NCBI GenBank assembly: GCA_947499255.1
Contig: CANMNF010000002.1
Location: forward strand, 72,430-136,429
Origin: an uncultured Sphingomonadaceae bacterium
GTDB taxonomy: Bacteria; Pseudomonadota; Alphaproteobacteria; Sphingomonadales; Sphingomonadaceae
DNA length: 64,000 nt
Direction: 5' to 3'
Position numbers and translations under genes: made by a program. Positions 17,643 through 28,957 of the stretch are shown in pieces; the first letter of the stretch is position 1, and each line of letters begins with the position of its first letter. The notes beneath the pieces are model-generated. The model saw nothing but the letters and a program-made list of their open reading frames with translations, searched no databases and had not been told where the DNA came from.

Positions 17643-17870
17643 CTACTTTGCCAATTCGCGCAGGATATCGCGATCTTCTCGCATAATTTCTTCAGCGGCA
17701 TCCATCTTGACTGCAAAGTCTGGATCGGTCGCCGTCAATCGCACGCCATCTGGTGCCTCGGACAGAAAGAGAGCATCGCCCGGCCCGACACGCAAACGCG
17801 CCAACACATCCTTGGGCAGCACGATTCCAGCTGAATTGCCAATCTTGGTGATTTTGAGCGGTTTGTTCAT
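17643..17870 (-). CDS. AbrB/MazE/SpoVT-family antitoxin (partner of Doc)
   Basis: ATG at 17870. KITKIGNSAGIVLPKDVL is the SpoVT/AbrB swapped-hairpin motif. Directly upstream of doc. Confidence 0.85.
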   Translation of the reverse strand: MNKPLKITKIGNSAGIVLPKDVLARLRVGPGDALFLSEAPDGVRLTATDPDFAVKMDAAEEIMREDRDILRELAK

Positions 17871-17980
17871 ACGCGCGTTATAACATCGTTGCGGCAGCTC
17901 GTCCACGCTTCCCCCCAACAAAGTTATTGCGCGGCCATCATAGTGTGACAGCCGCGCAAACAGGATAATGCGGGTTGCGC

Positions 17981-20185
<2,205 letters not shown>

Positions 20186-20206
20186 TTAGAAGCGAAAATG
20201 TAAAAG

Positions 20207-20260
20207 CCCCGCTGGCCCATCGCAAACCCCTCTCCTCCTTATTGCGAACCGGGCCAGCGG
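20207..20260. other. long hairpin with CU-rich loop between the thiC leader and the adhesin gene
   Basis: CCCGCTGGCCC-A-TCGCAA / loop ACCCCTCTCCTCCTTA / TTGCGA-ACC-GGGCCAGCGGG. On the minus strand it is followed by GCTTTTACATTTT. Confidence 0.6.
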
Positions 20261-20282
20261 GTGTGCCATAGGAGTCGCATCC

Positions 20283-21965
20283 ATGCGCCAGTCTCGCGCT
20301 TTAATTGCCTTTATCGCCCTGCCTGTCGGAACTGTATCTGTCCCGGCTTTGCCCGCTATCGCGCAAGATACTACCGCTGGAAACGGATCAAACAGCACCG
20401 CTATCGGTCCGCAAGCCAGCGCGGATGGCGCCTTTTCCACAGCCCTTGGATCCTCAGCCTCCAGCACAGGGGATGCGAGCACTGCAATCGGTGAACAGGC
20501 GCAGGCCCGAACGGACTTTTCGCTGGCCATCGGTTCTGAGGCACAAGCGCGCGGTTATGCCGCCAGCGCGGTTGGTCCATCCGCCATTGCCGAAGGGGAA
20601 AGCAGCTTTGCCGGCGCTGATTTTGGCCTGGCACAAGGTTTACGCTCCATCGCCATTGGTGCAGATGGTTCTGACATCGATGATCCCAATGACTTCACCG
20701 TAATCGCAGGCGCATGGGCCAGCGGGGAAAGCGCGATTGCTATCGGCACCGATGCCGCTGCGCGCAACCGCGAAGCGACAGCCATCGGCAATGAAGCAAG
20801 AGCCACAGGCCGCTTCGCCAGCGCGTTTGGCACAAACAGCGCGGCAACCGGGCGCAGCGCAATGGCGCTTGGCCAAAACTCTGCCGCGACGGCATTGGGC
20901 AGCTCGGCCATCGGGTTTGGCGCGAACGCCACAGCAGACAGCGCATTGGCGCTTGGCCAAAACACACGGGCCACGGCACAAAATGCCGCAGCTTTTGGCA
21001 AATCTTCAATCGCGACAGCGGCCAGCGCCCTTGCCATAGGCGATAATGCGCAGGCTTTGGGAAGCCATTCGGTCGCTTTGGGTGATACAGCAACAGCACG
21101 GTCCAATTCCGGCGTTGCGCTGGGTTTTCTGGCCACGGCAGATGGCACCCATGCGGTTGCCTTGGGACGCCAGGCCCGCGTTACCGGAACAGGCGGCGTG
21201 GCCGTTGGCCGGTTGGCACGCGCAAATGAACGCGGCAGCGCTTTTGGCTATGCCGCCATTGCAACCGGCGTGAACGCCACAGCGTTTGGCGGCGATGGCA
21301 ATACCGATCCCGATGTCACAGGGGCCGCGGCAACAGGCGCCAATTCGTCTGCTTTCGGTGTGGATTCGGTGGCTTCTGCGGATGGCGCAACCGCTTTTGG
21401 CGTTGGCGCAATCTCCAGCCATTCCGGCTCCAGCGCGATTGGGACAGGCGCTGTTACTACTGCGGATAATCAAGTGATGCTGGGCGCGGCGCGAACGTCG
21501 ATTGCTCTGGGCGATATCGCTGCGTCCGATGCCGCGCAGCAAGGGGCCGAACAGGTTGTGACGGTAGATGCTTCAGGTACGCTGGGCATCAGCAATGTCG
21601 CCAGCACTGCTGCTGTCCAATCGGTGCGCGCCAATGTCGATCATATTGCTGCGATCAGCGATGCCCAATTCGATGTGTTAACAGGCCGCGTCGATAGCTT
21701 GCAGGGACAGCTGGCCAATTTCGATTTGCGGATGCAAGGGCTGGAAGGCGGCATTGCTTCAGCCATGGCGATGGGCGGCGCTGTACCGGTGCCGGGTAAA
21801 TCGATTACGCTTACGGTCTCAGGCGCAACTTATGGCGGAGAACAAGGCTTTGCCGGAAGCCTTGTGGGCCGCGTGAATGACGGCATCTATGTGTCTGCTG
21901 GCATCTCTGGCAATACCGGTGATGATCGTGTGGGCGGGCGCATCTCGGCCAGCTTTGGTTTCTAA
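20283..21965 (+). CDS. trimeric autotransporter adhesin (YadA-like head repeats plus C-terminal membrane anchor)
   Basis: Signal peptide. Dozens of degenerate repeats (NSxAxGxxAxAxG..SxAxG). Coiled-coil stretch. C-terminal ASAMAMGG...SGATYGGEQGFAGSLVGRV...GGRISASFGF matches the YadA anchor. Confidence 0.85.
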   Translation: MRQSRALIAFIALPVGTVSVPALPAIAQDTTAGNGSNSTAIGPQASADGAFSTALGSSASSTGDASTAIGEQAQARTDFSLAIGSEAQARGYAASAVGPSAIAEGESSFAGADFGLAQGLRSIAIGADGSDIDDPNDFTVIAGAWASGESAIAIGTDAAARNREATAIGNEARATGRFASAFGTNSAATGRSAMALGQNSAATALGSSAIGFGANATADSALALGQNTRATAQNAAAFGKSSIATAASALAIGDNAQALGSHSVALGDTATARSNSGVALGFLATADGTHAVALGRQARVTGTGGVAVGRLARANERGSAFGYAAIATGVNATAFGGDGNTDPDVTGAAATGANSSAFGVDSVASADGATAFGVGAISSHSGSSAIGTGAVTTADNQVMLGAARTSIALGDIAASDAAQQGAEQVVTVDASGTLGISNVASTAAVQSVRANVDHIAAISDAQFDVLTGRVDSLQGQLANFDLRMQGLEGGIASAMAMGGAVPVPGKSITLTVSGATYGGEQGFAGSLVGRVNDGIYVSAGISGNTGDDRVGGRISASFGF

Positions 21966-22075
21966 AGCCACTCTGGCAAAAAGGCCGCAAACCCAGCGAT
22001 GGGGAAGTCGAGTTACACCCATGCTAAGTTTGCGACCCCTGCGACCCGAGCCCATTGTGGGGCCGAGCTCAGGCC

Positions 22076-22696
22076 TCAGGCGGAAGTTGGGGTTTCCGCC
22101 CGATCAATGCTCGCTGTCAGGATTACAGCGAGGAACAATGTCGCCGCTGTGCCAATGCCGCCAGCGGGGAACAGCAGGCCAGTTTCACCGATGGAGGTTT
22201 GCATGCCGCCAAAAATCATGATGGTGCTGGCAACAAGGCTGACAGCGCCTGTGACAATAGCTGCCGCGCCAAGGATTTTGGCAGGGCCGCTGGCCGATTT
22301 CCAAAGCCCCCGCCCAAGCGAAACACCAGCGATTGCAAAAGCGGCTTTAGCGGCAAAATACAGCAGGAAAGCAAAGGCCAGCACAGCCTGGAAAACCGGG
22401 CCAAGCGCGTCGCCGCCTTCACCAAGCGGACCAAACATAACCAGCCCCATGCCAGCCTGGATCACATTAAGCATCCCGCCCAGCGCAATCGCAGCCCCTG
22501 CCACCGGGCGCGCTGGCACCAAAGCCAGACCAAATATGCCAACAATCAAAAAGGCCACCACTTCAAGGCCCCAGACCACATTGCGATTGGGCGTAATGCC
22601 AAATGCGCCTGCGCTCACGTAAAGCAATTGCGTTGCCACCGTGACGATAAGCGCAAGTGCCGCAATCTGGCTTATGCGGTGGAAACTGGATGTCAT
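22076..22696 (-). CDS. integral membrane protein, unknown family (about 6 TM)
   Basis: 206 aa, ATG start, uniformly hydrophobic with Gly/Ala-rich helices. No motif recognised. Confidence 0.6.
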   Translation of the reverse strand: MTSSFHRISQIAALALIVTVATQLLYVSAGAFGITPNRNVVWGLEVVAFLIVGIFGLALVPARPVAGAAIALGGMLNVIQAGMGLVMFGPLGEGGDALGPVFQAVLAFAFLLYFAAKAAFAIAGVSLGRGLWKSASGPAKILGAAAIVTGAVSLVASTIMIFGGMQTSIGETGLLFPAGGIGTAATLFLAVILTASIDRAETPTSA

Positions 22697-22868
22697 CGTG
22701 AGGGCCCCTTGTACTTAATCTTGTTTGTGCGACCATATTCGCAGCTTTGGGCATTGTGGTTACATGGCCACACCTACAAACCGGGCACCCCACTCAACCA
22801 TTGCTTTGGAAACGGCCTTCGCTATCAAGGTTGCAACTGTAACTTGAATTTCGGGGATTGATCCTGCC

Positions 22869-24896
22869 ATGACGCTTTTGCGTAACGCCCTTCTTGCCAC
22901 CGCTCTTACTTTGCCCGCCACCGCTGTATTGGCGCGTCCGATGACGCCTGAAGATGTGGCCAATATCGAATTCACAGGCTCTGTCGCTGTTTCACCAGAT
23001 GGGCAGAGGATCGCGTTTACACGCGTGCATTATCCGCAAGTCACGCAAGGCGAAGAAGATGGCCGATCTCGTCAGCAATTGTTTCTGATCGATGGCGCGA
23101 TGGAAGCAAAAGCCTGGTTGCCTGAAGATATGCGCGTGACCAGCGTGGGCTTTACGCCTGATGGATCGATGGTCACATTCTTGTGGTCAAAGGAAGATGA
23201 AAAGCGCACTTTGTGGGGCATGCCTGTTAATGGCGGTGCGCACAGCAAGATCGCTGAGATCGAAGAAGCCAGCGTGCTCTCTTACGACTTTTCGCCCGAT
23301 GGTTCGCAAGTTTACATCCTCGCCTCTGCTGCACCTGATGAGGCGCGCGATGATGAAGAGGAGGCCGGCTTCGACGCTGTCATTTACGAAGAGGAATTGC
23401 GATATAATCGCATGTTCGTGGCCGATGTGATGGCCGATGGTGTGGATGCAGAACCCACGCAGATCGAAGTGCCCGGCCATGTCGACAGCTTCGATATCGC
23501 GCCTTCTGGCGATTGGGCCATTTTAACCAGCGCCCCCACCCCTTTGATCGATGACAGCTTCGTGGCCAAACGCCCTTACATCATCGATCTGGCCAGCGGT
23601 GATCTGATCACGGTGGAGACACCGGGCAAAGTGGGTGACCTTGAAATTTCGCCCGACAGCATGACCATTTCCATGATTGCTGCGGTTGATCAACATGATC
23701 CAGCCGCCACCACATTGCACCTCATCGATCCGATGACAGGCGCCTATCGCGCGCTGAACGAAGGTGCGCCCGAAGCCGCGGTCAATGCAGAATGGATGGC
23801 CGATGGCCGCCTTGCCGTGCATGTCGATAAAGGGGTAACCAGCTTCCTGCGCTTTTACGGCGCGGATGGCACTTTGCAGAATGAAATGGACACTGGCGGC
23901 ATCGTACTGGCAGGTCTTGAACAGGGCGGCAATCGTCTTGTGGTGGAAGGCAATAGCGCGTCCCATCCCAACGAATTGTTCATGCTGAACCGCGGCGGTT
24001 TTGAACGCTGGACCGATCATAATCCGTGGCTGACCGATATCGATATGGGTGTGCAGCGCGCGCTGACATATGTTGCGCGCGATGGGCAGGAAATCGAAGG
24101 CGTATTGATTGAACCTGTAGGCGGTACGCCCGAAGGCGGTGCACCCACAATCCTGCACGTCCATGGCGGTCCAGAGGCGCACGATTCCAATGGCTGGAAC
24201 ACCGGCTATGGCAGCCCCGGACAAGTCGCGGCGGGCAAGGGATATGCCGTTTTCCTGCCAAACTATCGCGGTTCCACCGGCTATGGCACCGCCTTTTCCA
24301 AGCAGCATCAGGACAATTACACCGATCCTGAATTCACCGATCTGGTGGATGCGAAATATGCGCTGGCGGGCATGGGAATTACTGATCCTGACCGTGTTGG
24401 CGTGACGGGTGGTTCGTATGGCGGCTATGCCACGGCCTGGTCCTCCACCTATCATTCGGACGAATTTGCCGCTGGGGTAATGTTTATCGGCATTTCCAAC
24501 CAGGTTTCGAAGATGGGCACGGGCGATATTCCGATGGAAATGTACCTTGTCCATGCGCGCAAATGGCCGTGGGACGATTGGAATTATGCCTTGTCGGTCA
24601 GCCCGATTTTTCATGCGGACAAGGCCGATACGCCGCTATTGATCATGCACGGCGATGCCGATCCGCGCGTCAGCCCGACCCAATCGACAGAGCTGTATCG
24701 CCATATCTCAATCCGCCGCCCCGATACGCCGCTGCGCCTTGTTTTCTATCCCGATGAAGGCCACGGTAATGCGTATGCAGCGGCGCGTTACGATTATAAT
24801 CTGCGCATGATGCGCTGGTTCGATACCTATCTGATGACAGGTGACCGCGATGCCGCCGTGCCCGGACCAAGGCCAGAACTGAACATCAAGGAGTAA
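22869..24896 (+). CDS. S9 family serine peptidase (prolyl oligopeptidase / acylaminoacyl-peptidase type), secreted
   Basis: Signal peptide. N-terminal beta-propeller-like region. GVTGGSYGGY nucleophile elbow. LIMHGDADPRV and the YPDEGHG catalytic His region. Confidence 0.9.
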   Translation: MTLLRNALLATALTLPATAVLARPMTPEDVANIEFTGSVAVSPDGQRIAFTRVHYPQVTQGEEDGRSRQQLFLIDGAMEAKAWLPEDMRVTSVGFTPDGSMVTFLWSKEDEKRTLWGMPVNGGAHSKIAEIEEASVLSYDFSPDGSQVYILASAAPDEARDDEEEAGFDAVIYEEELRYNRMFVADVMADGVDAEPTQIEVPGHVDSFDIAPSGDWAILTSAPTPLIDDSFVAKRPYIIDLASGDLITVETPGKVGDLEISPDSMTISMIAAVDQHDPAATTLHLIDPMTGAYRALNEGAPEAAVNAEWMADGRLAVHVDKGVTSFLRFYGADGTLQNEMDTGGIVLAGLEQGGNRLVVEGNSASHPNELFMLNRGGFERWTDHNPWLTDIDMGVQRALTYVARDGQEIEGVLIEPVGGTPEGGAPTILHVHGGPEAHDSNGWNTGYGSPGQVAAGKGYAVFLPNYRGSTGYGTAFSKQHQDNYTDPEFTDLVDAKYALAGMGITDPDRVGVTGGSYGGYATAWSSTYHSDEFAAGVMFIGISNQVSKMGTGDIPMEMYLVHARKWPWDDWNYALSVSPIFHADKADTPLLIMHGDADPRVSPTQSTELYRHISIRRPDTPLRLVFYPDEGHGNAYAAARYDYNLRMMRWFDTYLMTGDRDAAVPGPRPELNIKE

Positions 24897-24913
24897 TCGC
24901 TCCAGACCATTAC

Positions 24914-24951
24914 AAAAGAGGATCGCGTTTCGGCGCGGTCCTCTTTTGTTT
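24914..24951 (+). terminator. rho-independent terminator of the S9 peptidase gene
   Basis: AAAAGAGGATCGCG-(6 nt)-CGCGGTCCTCTTTT followed by GTTT. Confidence 0.8.
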
Positions 24952-25178
24952 GGTCCCTCAGACGCCGGGCGCGGGCCATCCGGCCCGCTTGGCTACGCGG
25001 CATAAGCCGCGTCGCGCAGTCGCGCTTGGTCGGTGCCTGATCGGCACCGAGATCAGCGCGACCAACCGGCAACTGGACTATTCGGCCGACAAGGCCGCAA
25101 GGGCGACCGCCCGCCCGCAGCGGGGCAGCTTGCTGCCCGTCTAGCGAGGATGTTCCCACGGATGTGGGAACCTAAAGA

Positions 25179-26063
25179 TTAAAAAGTATATCCCACGCCC
25201 AGCGCCAGAAAGCCCTGATCCGCTGATCCGCGCTGCGATGTTAGCGGGGTACGTTTTGCATCGCCCATCACCCGCGAATACCCAAGGATCGTCACCACAC
25301 CCCAGCCACCATTGCGCACATCGCCATCCAGATCGACGCCCAATAGCAACGTCGAGCCAAGGCTCACCAGGCCGCCACCATCAGGATCAAAAGCTGTCAC
25401 CGCACCCGCTGTCGCGATTTCTTGTGCAGGACTTACGCTGAAATAATAATCGTGAAAGTCGCTATCCGCAAATTCGGCATTTACAGAAAGGCTGGCTGCC
25501 ACACCAAGGCTCAACGGGGAAAAATAGGTGACCGAAGGCGCGACAACCATCCCGCCATGCGCGCCGTTCACATCCCACAAAACATCGGTGGTCACGCTCA
25601 GCGCGTCAAAGGAGTGGATGATCTGGGGAATACGAATGCCCACACTTGGCCCCACTTCAATCGCGCGGTCCAGTTCACCAAGGCTTTCCACCACATCATC
25701 GGCAATCTGATTGTTACGATCACTGCGCAGGCGGAAGGCAGGGCCCAAATCAAAGCCGACCTTCTCCCCATCCTCGATAAAATCCAGTGCAAGGCCAGCG
25801 GGACGCACATTGATATCAACCCCGCGCACCGATCCAAAGATGATCGGTAGGCCAGAGACCACATAATCATTCGAGCCGGTATAAGACGGGCTGATCGCCG
25901 CACCCACGCCGATGGTGATGTGCGTGTCATCAAAAACGGACCCCTCCAACATGGCGTCAGTGGTCGCAGGCAAAGCCTCGATATCCTGCGCACTGGCAAG
26001 GGAAGGAACGGCCACTAACGCTGTTGCGGTGGCGAGGAAGGAGAGAGTTTTTTGTAGAGTCAT
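25179..26063 (-). CDS. MipA/OmpV family outer-membrane protein
   Basis: ATG at 26063. Signal peptide ...PSLASA. Alternating beta-strand pattern. C-terminal LGVGYTF. Confidence 0.8.
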   Translation of the reverse strand: MTLQKTLSFLATATALVAVPSLASAQDIEALPATTDAMLEGSVFDDTHITIGVGAAISPSYTGSNDYVVSGLPIIFGSVRGVDINVRPAGLALDFIEDGEKVGFDLGPAFRLRSDRNNQIADDVVESLGELDRAIEVGPSVGIRIPQIIHSFDALSVTTDVLWDVNGAHGGMVVAPSVTYFSPLSLGVAASLSVNAEFADSDFHDYYFSVSPAQEIATAGAVTAFDPDGGGLVSLGSTLLLGVDLDGDVRNGGWGVVTILGYSRVMGDAKRTPLTSQRGSADQGFLALGVGYTF

Positions 26064-26238
26064 CACCAACGAAACGATGTCCGCGCGCACAGGTTCCAAG
26101 CCAAGCGTATCCACCCCTTGCACCTAAGCCTTCGCAAACATTTTGCTGGCGCGTCAGATACGCTCACCCTCACCTTTCGCCCATACAGCCTGTGGCCCAT
26201 GATTGCCTCGCTCGCCCAATCCGCTAGAGCCTGAGAGT

Positions 26239-27435
26239 ATGACTGGTCGCGATTGTGATATTGCCATTGTTGGCGGAGGGCTTTCGGGCGGCCTCATCGC
26301 GCTTGCGCTGGCACAGCTTCGGCCCGAACTTGGCACTTTGTTAATAGAGGCAGGCGATCAGCTTGGCGGCAATCACCGCTGGAGCTGGTTCAAATCCGAT
26401 CTCGAACCTGCCGGAGAAGACCTGCTCGCCCCGTTTCGCAAGATGGAATGGTCGGGCGGGTATGAAGTGCATTTCCCCGCTTATACGCGCGAACTTCACG
26501 CCGATTACCGCTCACTCGCCAGCCCGGATTTCGCCGCCACGCTTGAACGCGAGCTGCAACAGGGCGCGATTTTAACGAACACGCAAGTCACAGCGCTTGA
26601 TCCTGCTGGAATAACGCTGGCCGATGATCGCCGCATTTCGGCGCGCTGTGTGATTGATTGCCGCGGCATATCGCAAACATCTGCGCTGCAAGGCGGCTGG
26701 CAGGTATTTATGGGCCGCCATATGCGCACACCCACCCCGCATGGCGTCACCACCCCTATCATCATGGATGCAACCGTGGAGCAGCTGGACGGTTATCGTT
26801 TTGTCTATGTCCTGCCGCTGGGCGCGCATGATCTGTTTATCGAAGACACCTATTATCAAGACAGCCCGGTATTGGATCGCTCGGCGCTATCGGCGCGGCT
26901 GGATGAATATGCCGCAGCGCATGGCTGGGCAGGTGAACTTGTTGGCCATGAGACAGGCGTTTTGCCCGTTATCACAGGTGGCGATTTTGCCGCATATCAG
27001 ACTGCGCACCGATCCAGCGGTGTTGCGATGGCAGGTGCGCGCGGCGGCTTTGTCCATCCGCTCACCAGCTATACGGTGCCCATCGCGGTGAATGTCGCGC
27101 TGGCAATTGCGCAGGATGCTGATTTGCCCGGCGATCAGCTGGCGGCAAAGCTGGAGGCGATGGCGCGCAGCCATTGGAGCAGCACCGGATTTTACCGCAT
27201 GTTGGGCCGCATCCTGTTCGGCGCGGCCAAGCCAGCGGAACGTTATGGCGTGTTCCAGCGCTTTTACCGGTTGAAAGAGCCGTTGATTGAACGGTTTTAT
27301 GCCGCACGTTCCACTTTGGCGGATCAGGCGCGTGTTTTGACCGGCAATCCCCCCGTCCCCATTTCCAGCGCGATTGGCGCGCTTTTAACGTCCTCCCCCT
27401 CATTGGACGATCCCAACAGAAAGACCCCCTCATGA
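26239..27435 (+). CDS. crtY: lycopene beta-cyclase CrtY
   Basis: ATG at 26239. DIAIVGGGLSGGL FAD motif. GGNHRWSWF. FVYVLPL...IEDTYY. Stop overlaps the crtI ATG (ATGA). Confidence 0.9.
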   Translation: MTGRDCDIAIVGGGLSGGLIALALAQLRPELGTLLIEAGDQLGGNHRWSWFKSDLEPAGEDLLAPFRKMEWSGGYEVHFPAYTRELHADYRSLASPDFAATLERELQQGAILTNTQVTALDPAGITLADDRRISARCVIDCRGISQTSALQGGWQVFMGRHMRTPTPHGVTTPIIMDATVEQLDGYRFVYVLPLGAHDLFIEDTYYQDSPVLDRSALSARLDEYAAAHGWAGELVGHETGVLPVITGGDFAAYQTAHRSSGVAMAGARGGFVHPLTSYTVPIAVNVALAIAQDADLPGDQLAAKLEAMARSHWSSTGFYRMLGRILFGAAKPAERYGVFQRFYRLKEPLIERFYAARSTLADQARVLTGNPPVPISSAIGALLTSSPSLDDPNRKTPS

Positions 27436-28940
27436 CTACTCCTCAAGCCATCAGCGCGAATGCCAGGACGGCCTGCGTTATCGGCGCCGGATTTGGCGGC
27501 ATGGCGCTGGCCATTCGCCTGCAAAGCGCTGGCATTGCCACCACTGTGGTGGAAAGCCGGGATAAGCCCGGTGGCCGCGCCTACCATTGGCAAAAAGACG
27601 GCCACACTTTCGATGCAGGCCCCACGGTGATCACCGATCCGCCTTGTTTGAAAGAGCTTTGGGAATTGTCAGGCCATGACATTTCTGAAGATGTTGAGCT
27701 GATGAACGTCATGCCGTTTTACCGGCTCAATTGGCCCGATGGCACCAATTTTGATTACTCCAATGACGATGAAAATCTGCGCAAGGAGATCGCCAAGCTC
27801 GATCCTGCCGATGTGGCGGGATATGAGAAGTTTCTCGAATTTTCCGCTGCTGTGCATGACGAAGGCTATCTCAAGCTGGGCACCGTGCCGTTCCTCGATT
27901 TCAAATCGATGTTGAAGGCCGCGCCTGCGCTTGCCAAACATCAGGCATGGCGCAGCGTCTATTCCATCGTTTCCAAATATATCCGCAATGAAAAGCTGCG
28001 CGAAGCTTTAAGCTTCCATACGCTTTTGGTGGGTGGCAGCCCGATGAAAACCTCCAGCGTCTATGCCTTGATCCATAAGTTGGAGAAGGATGGCGGCGTG
28101 TGGTGGGCGCGCGGTGGCACCAATCGCTTGATTGCAGGAATGGTGCGCCATTTTGAACGGCTTGGCGGCACGATGCGCCTTGGTGACGGGGTGGAGCAGG
28201 TGGAGACGGCGGGTGACCGCGCGAAAGCCGTGCGCACCAAATCCGGCTGGCGCGGTGATTTCGATGCCGTCGCGTCCAATGCCGATATCATGCATTCTTA
28301 TCGCGACCTGTTGAGCGAAAGTCCGCGCGGCAAAAATCAGGCCAAGAAGCTTGCCCGCAAGACCTATTCCCCCAGCCTGTTTGTCGTCCATTTCGGCGTT
28401 GAAGGCAGCTGGCCGGGCATTCCGCATCACATGATCTTGTTCGGCCCACGCTATAAAGGGCTGGTCGATGACATTTATGCCAAAGGCGTGCTGCCGGAAG
28501 ATTTCTCGATCTATCTGCATCACCCCACGGTGACCGATCCGGGCATGGCGCCTGAGGGCAAAAGCACGTTTTATGCGCTGGTGCCGGTCTCTCACATGGG
28601 CAAAATGCCGATCAATTGGGACGAAGTTGGCCCGCAATTGGAAAAGCGTGTTCTGGACGAGGTGGGTCGCCGTTTGATCCCCGATATTCATGACCGGATC
28701 ACCACCAAATTCCACTATGCGCCCAAGAACTTTTCCGAGGATCTCAACGCACATCTGGGCAGCGCTTTCAGCCTTGAGCCGACCTTGTTGCAAAGCGCCT
28801 ATTTCCGTGGGCATAACCGCGATGATGTGATCAAGAACTTCTATCTCGTGGGTGCTGGCACGCATCCGGGCGCGGGTATTCCCGGCGTTGTGGGCAGTGC
28901 GAAGGCGACGGCTGGGTTGATGATTGAGGATCTGGCTTAG
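27432..28940 (+). CDS. crtI: phytoene desaturase CrtI
   Basis: 502 aa. VIGAGFGGMALAIRL dinucleotide fold. C-terminal NFYLVGAGTHPGAGIPGV signature. Confidence 0.95.
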   Translation: MTTPQAISANARTACVIGAGFGGMALAIRLQSAGIATTVVESRDKPGGRAYHWQKDGHTFDAGPTVITDPPCLKELWELSGHDISEDVELMNVMPFYRLNWPDGTNFDYSNDDENLRKEIAKLDPADVAGYEKFLEFSAAVHDEGYLKLGTVPFLDFKSMLKAAPALAKHQAWRSVYSIVSKYIRNEKLREALSFHTLLVGGSPMKTSSVYALIHKLEKDGGVWWARGGTNRLIAGMVRHFERLGGTMRLGDGVEQVETAGDRAKAVRTKSGWRGDFDAVASNADIMHSYRDLLSESPRGKNQAKKLARKTYSPSLFVVHFGVEGSWPGIPHHMILFGPRYKGLVDDIYAKGVLPEDFSIYLHHPTVTDPGMAPEGKSTFYALVPVSHMGKMPINWDEVGPQLEKRVLDEVGRRLIPDIHDRITTKFHYAPKNFSEDLNAHLGSAFSLEPTLLQSAYFRGHNRDDVIKNFYLVGAGTHPGAGIPGVVGSAKATAGLMIEDLA

Positions 28941-28957
28941 GGTCGCTTCGGATTTTT

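Noticed and set aside
20186-20530. 114-aa minus-strand ORF overlapping the adhesin start and leader
   Set aside because: It is antisense to the adhesin signal peptide and repeat region and overlaps the hairpin. No motif.
22055-22861. 268-aa plus-strand ORF (and 21999..22622)
   Set aside because: It is antisense to the hydrophobic membrane protein at 22076..22696. The minus-strand product has coherent TM helices, whereas the plus-frame products are Arg/Lys/Ala-rich nonsense.
23523-24614. 363-aa minus-strand ORF
   Set aside because: It is antisense to the S9 peptidase catalytic domain (GGSYGGY). Shadow ORF.
24951-25150. Possible tmRNA (two-piece), 6S or SRP RNA in the structured intergenic region
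   Set aside because: I found no ANDN...-type tag reading frame, no tRNA-like acceptor/T-arm, and no SRP domain IV motif on either strand. It is kept only as an unclassified structured region in the findings.
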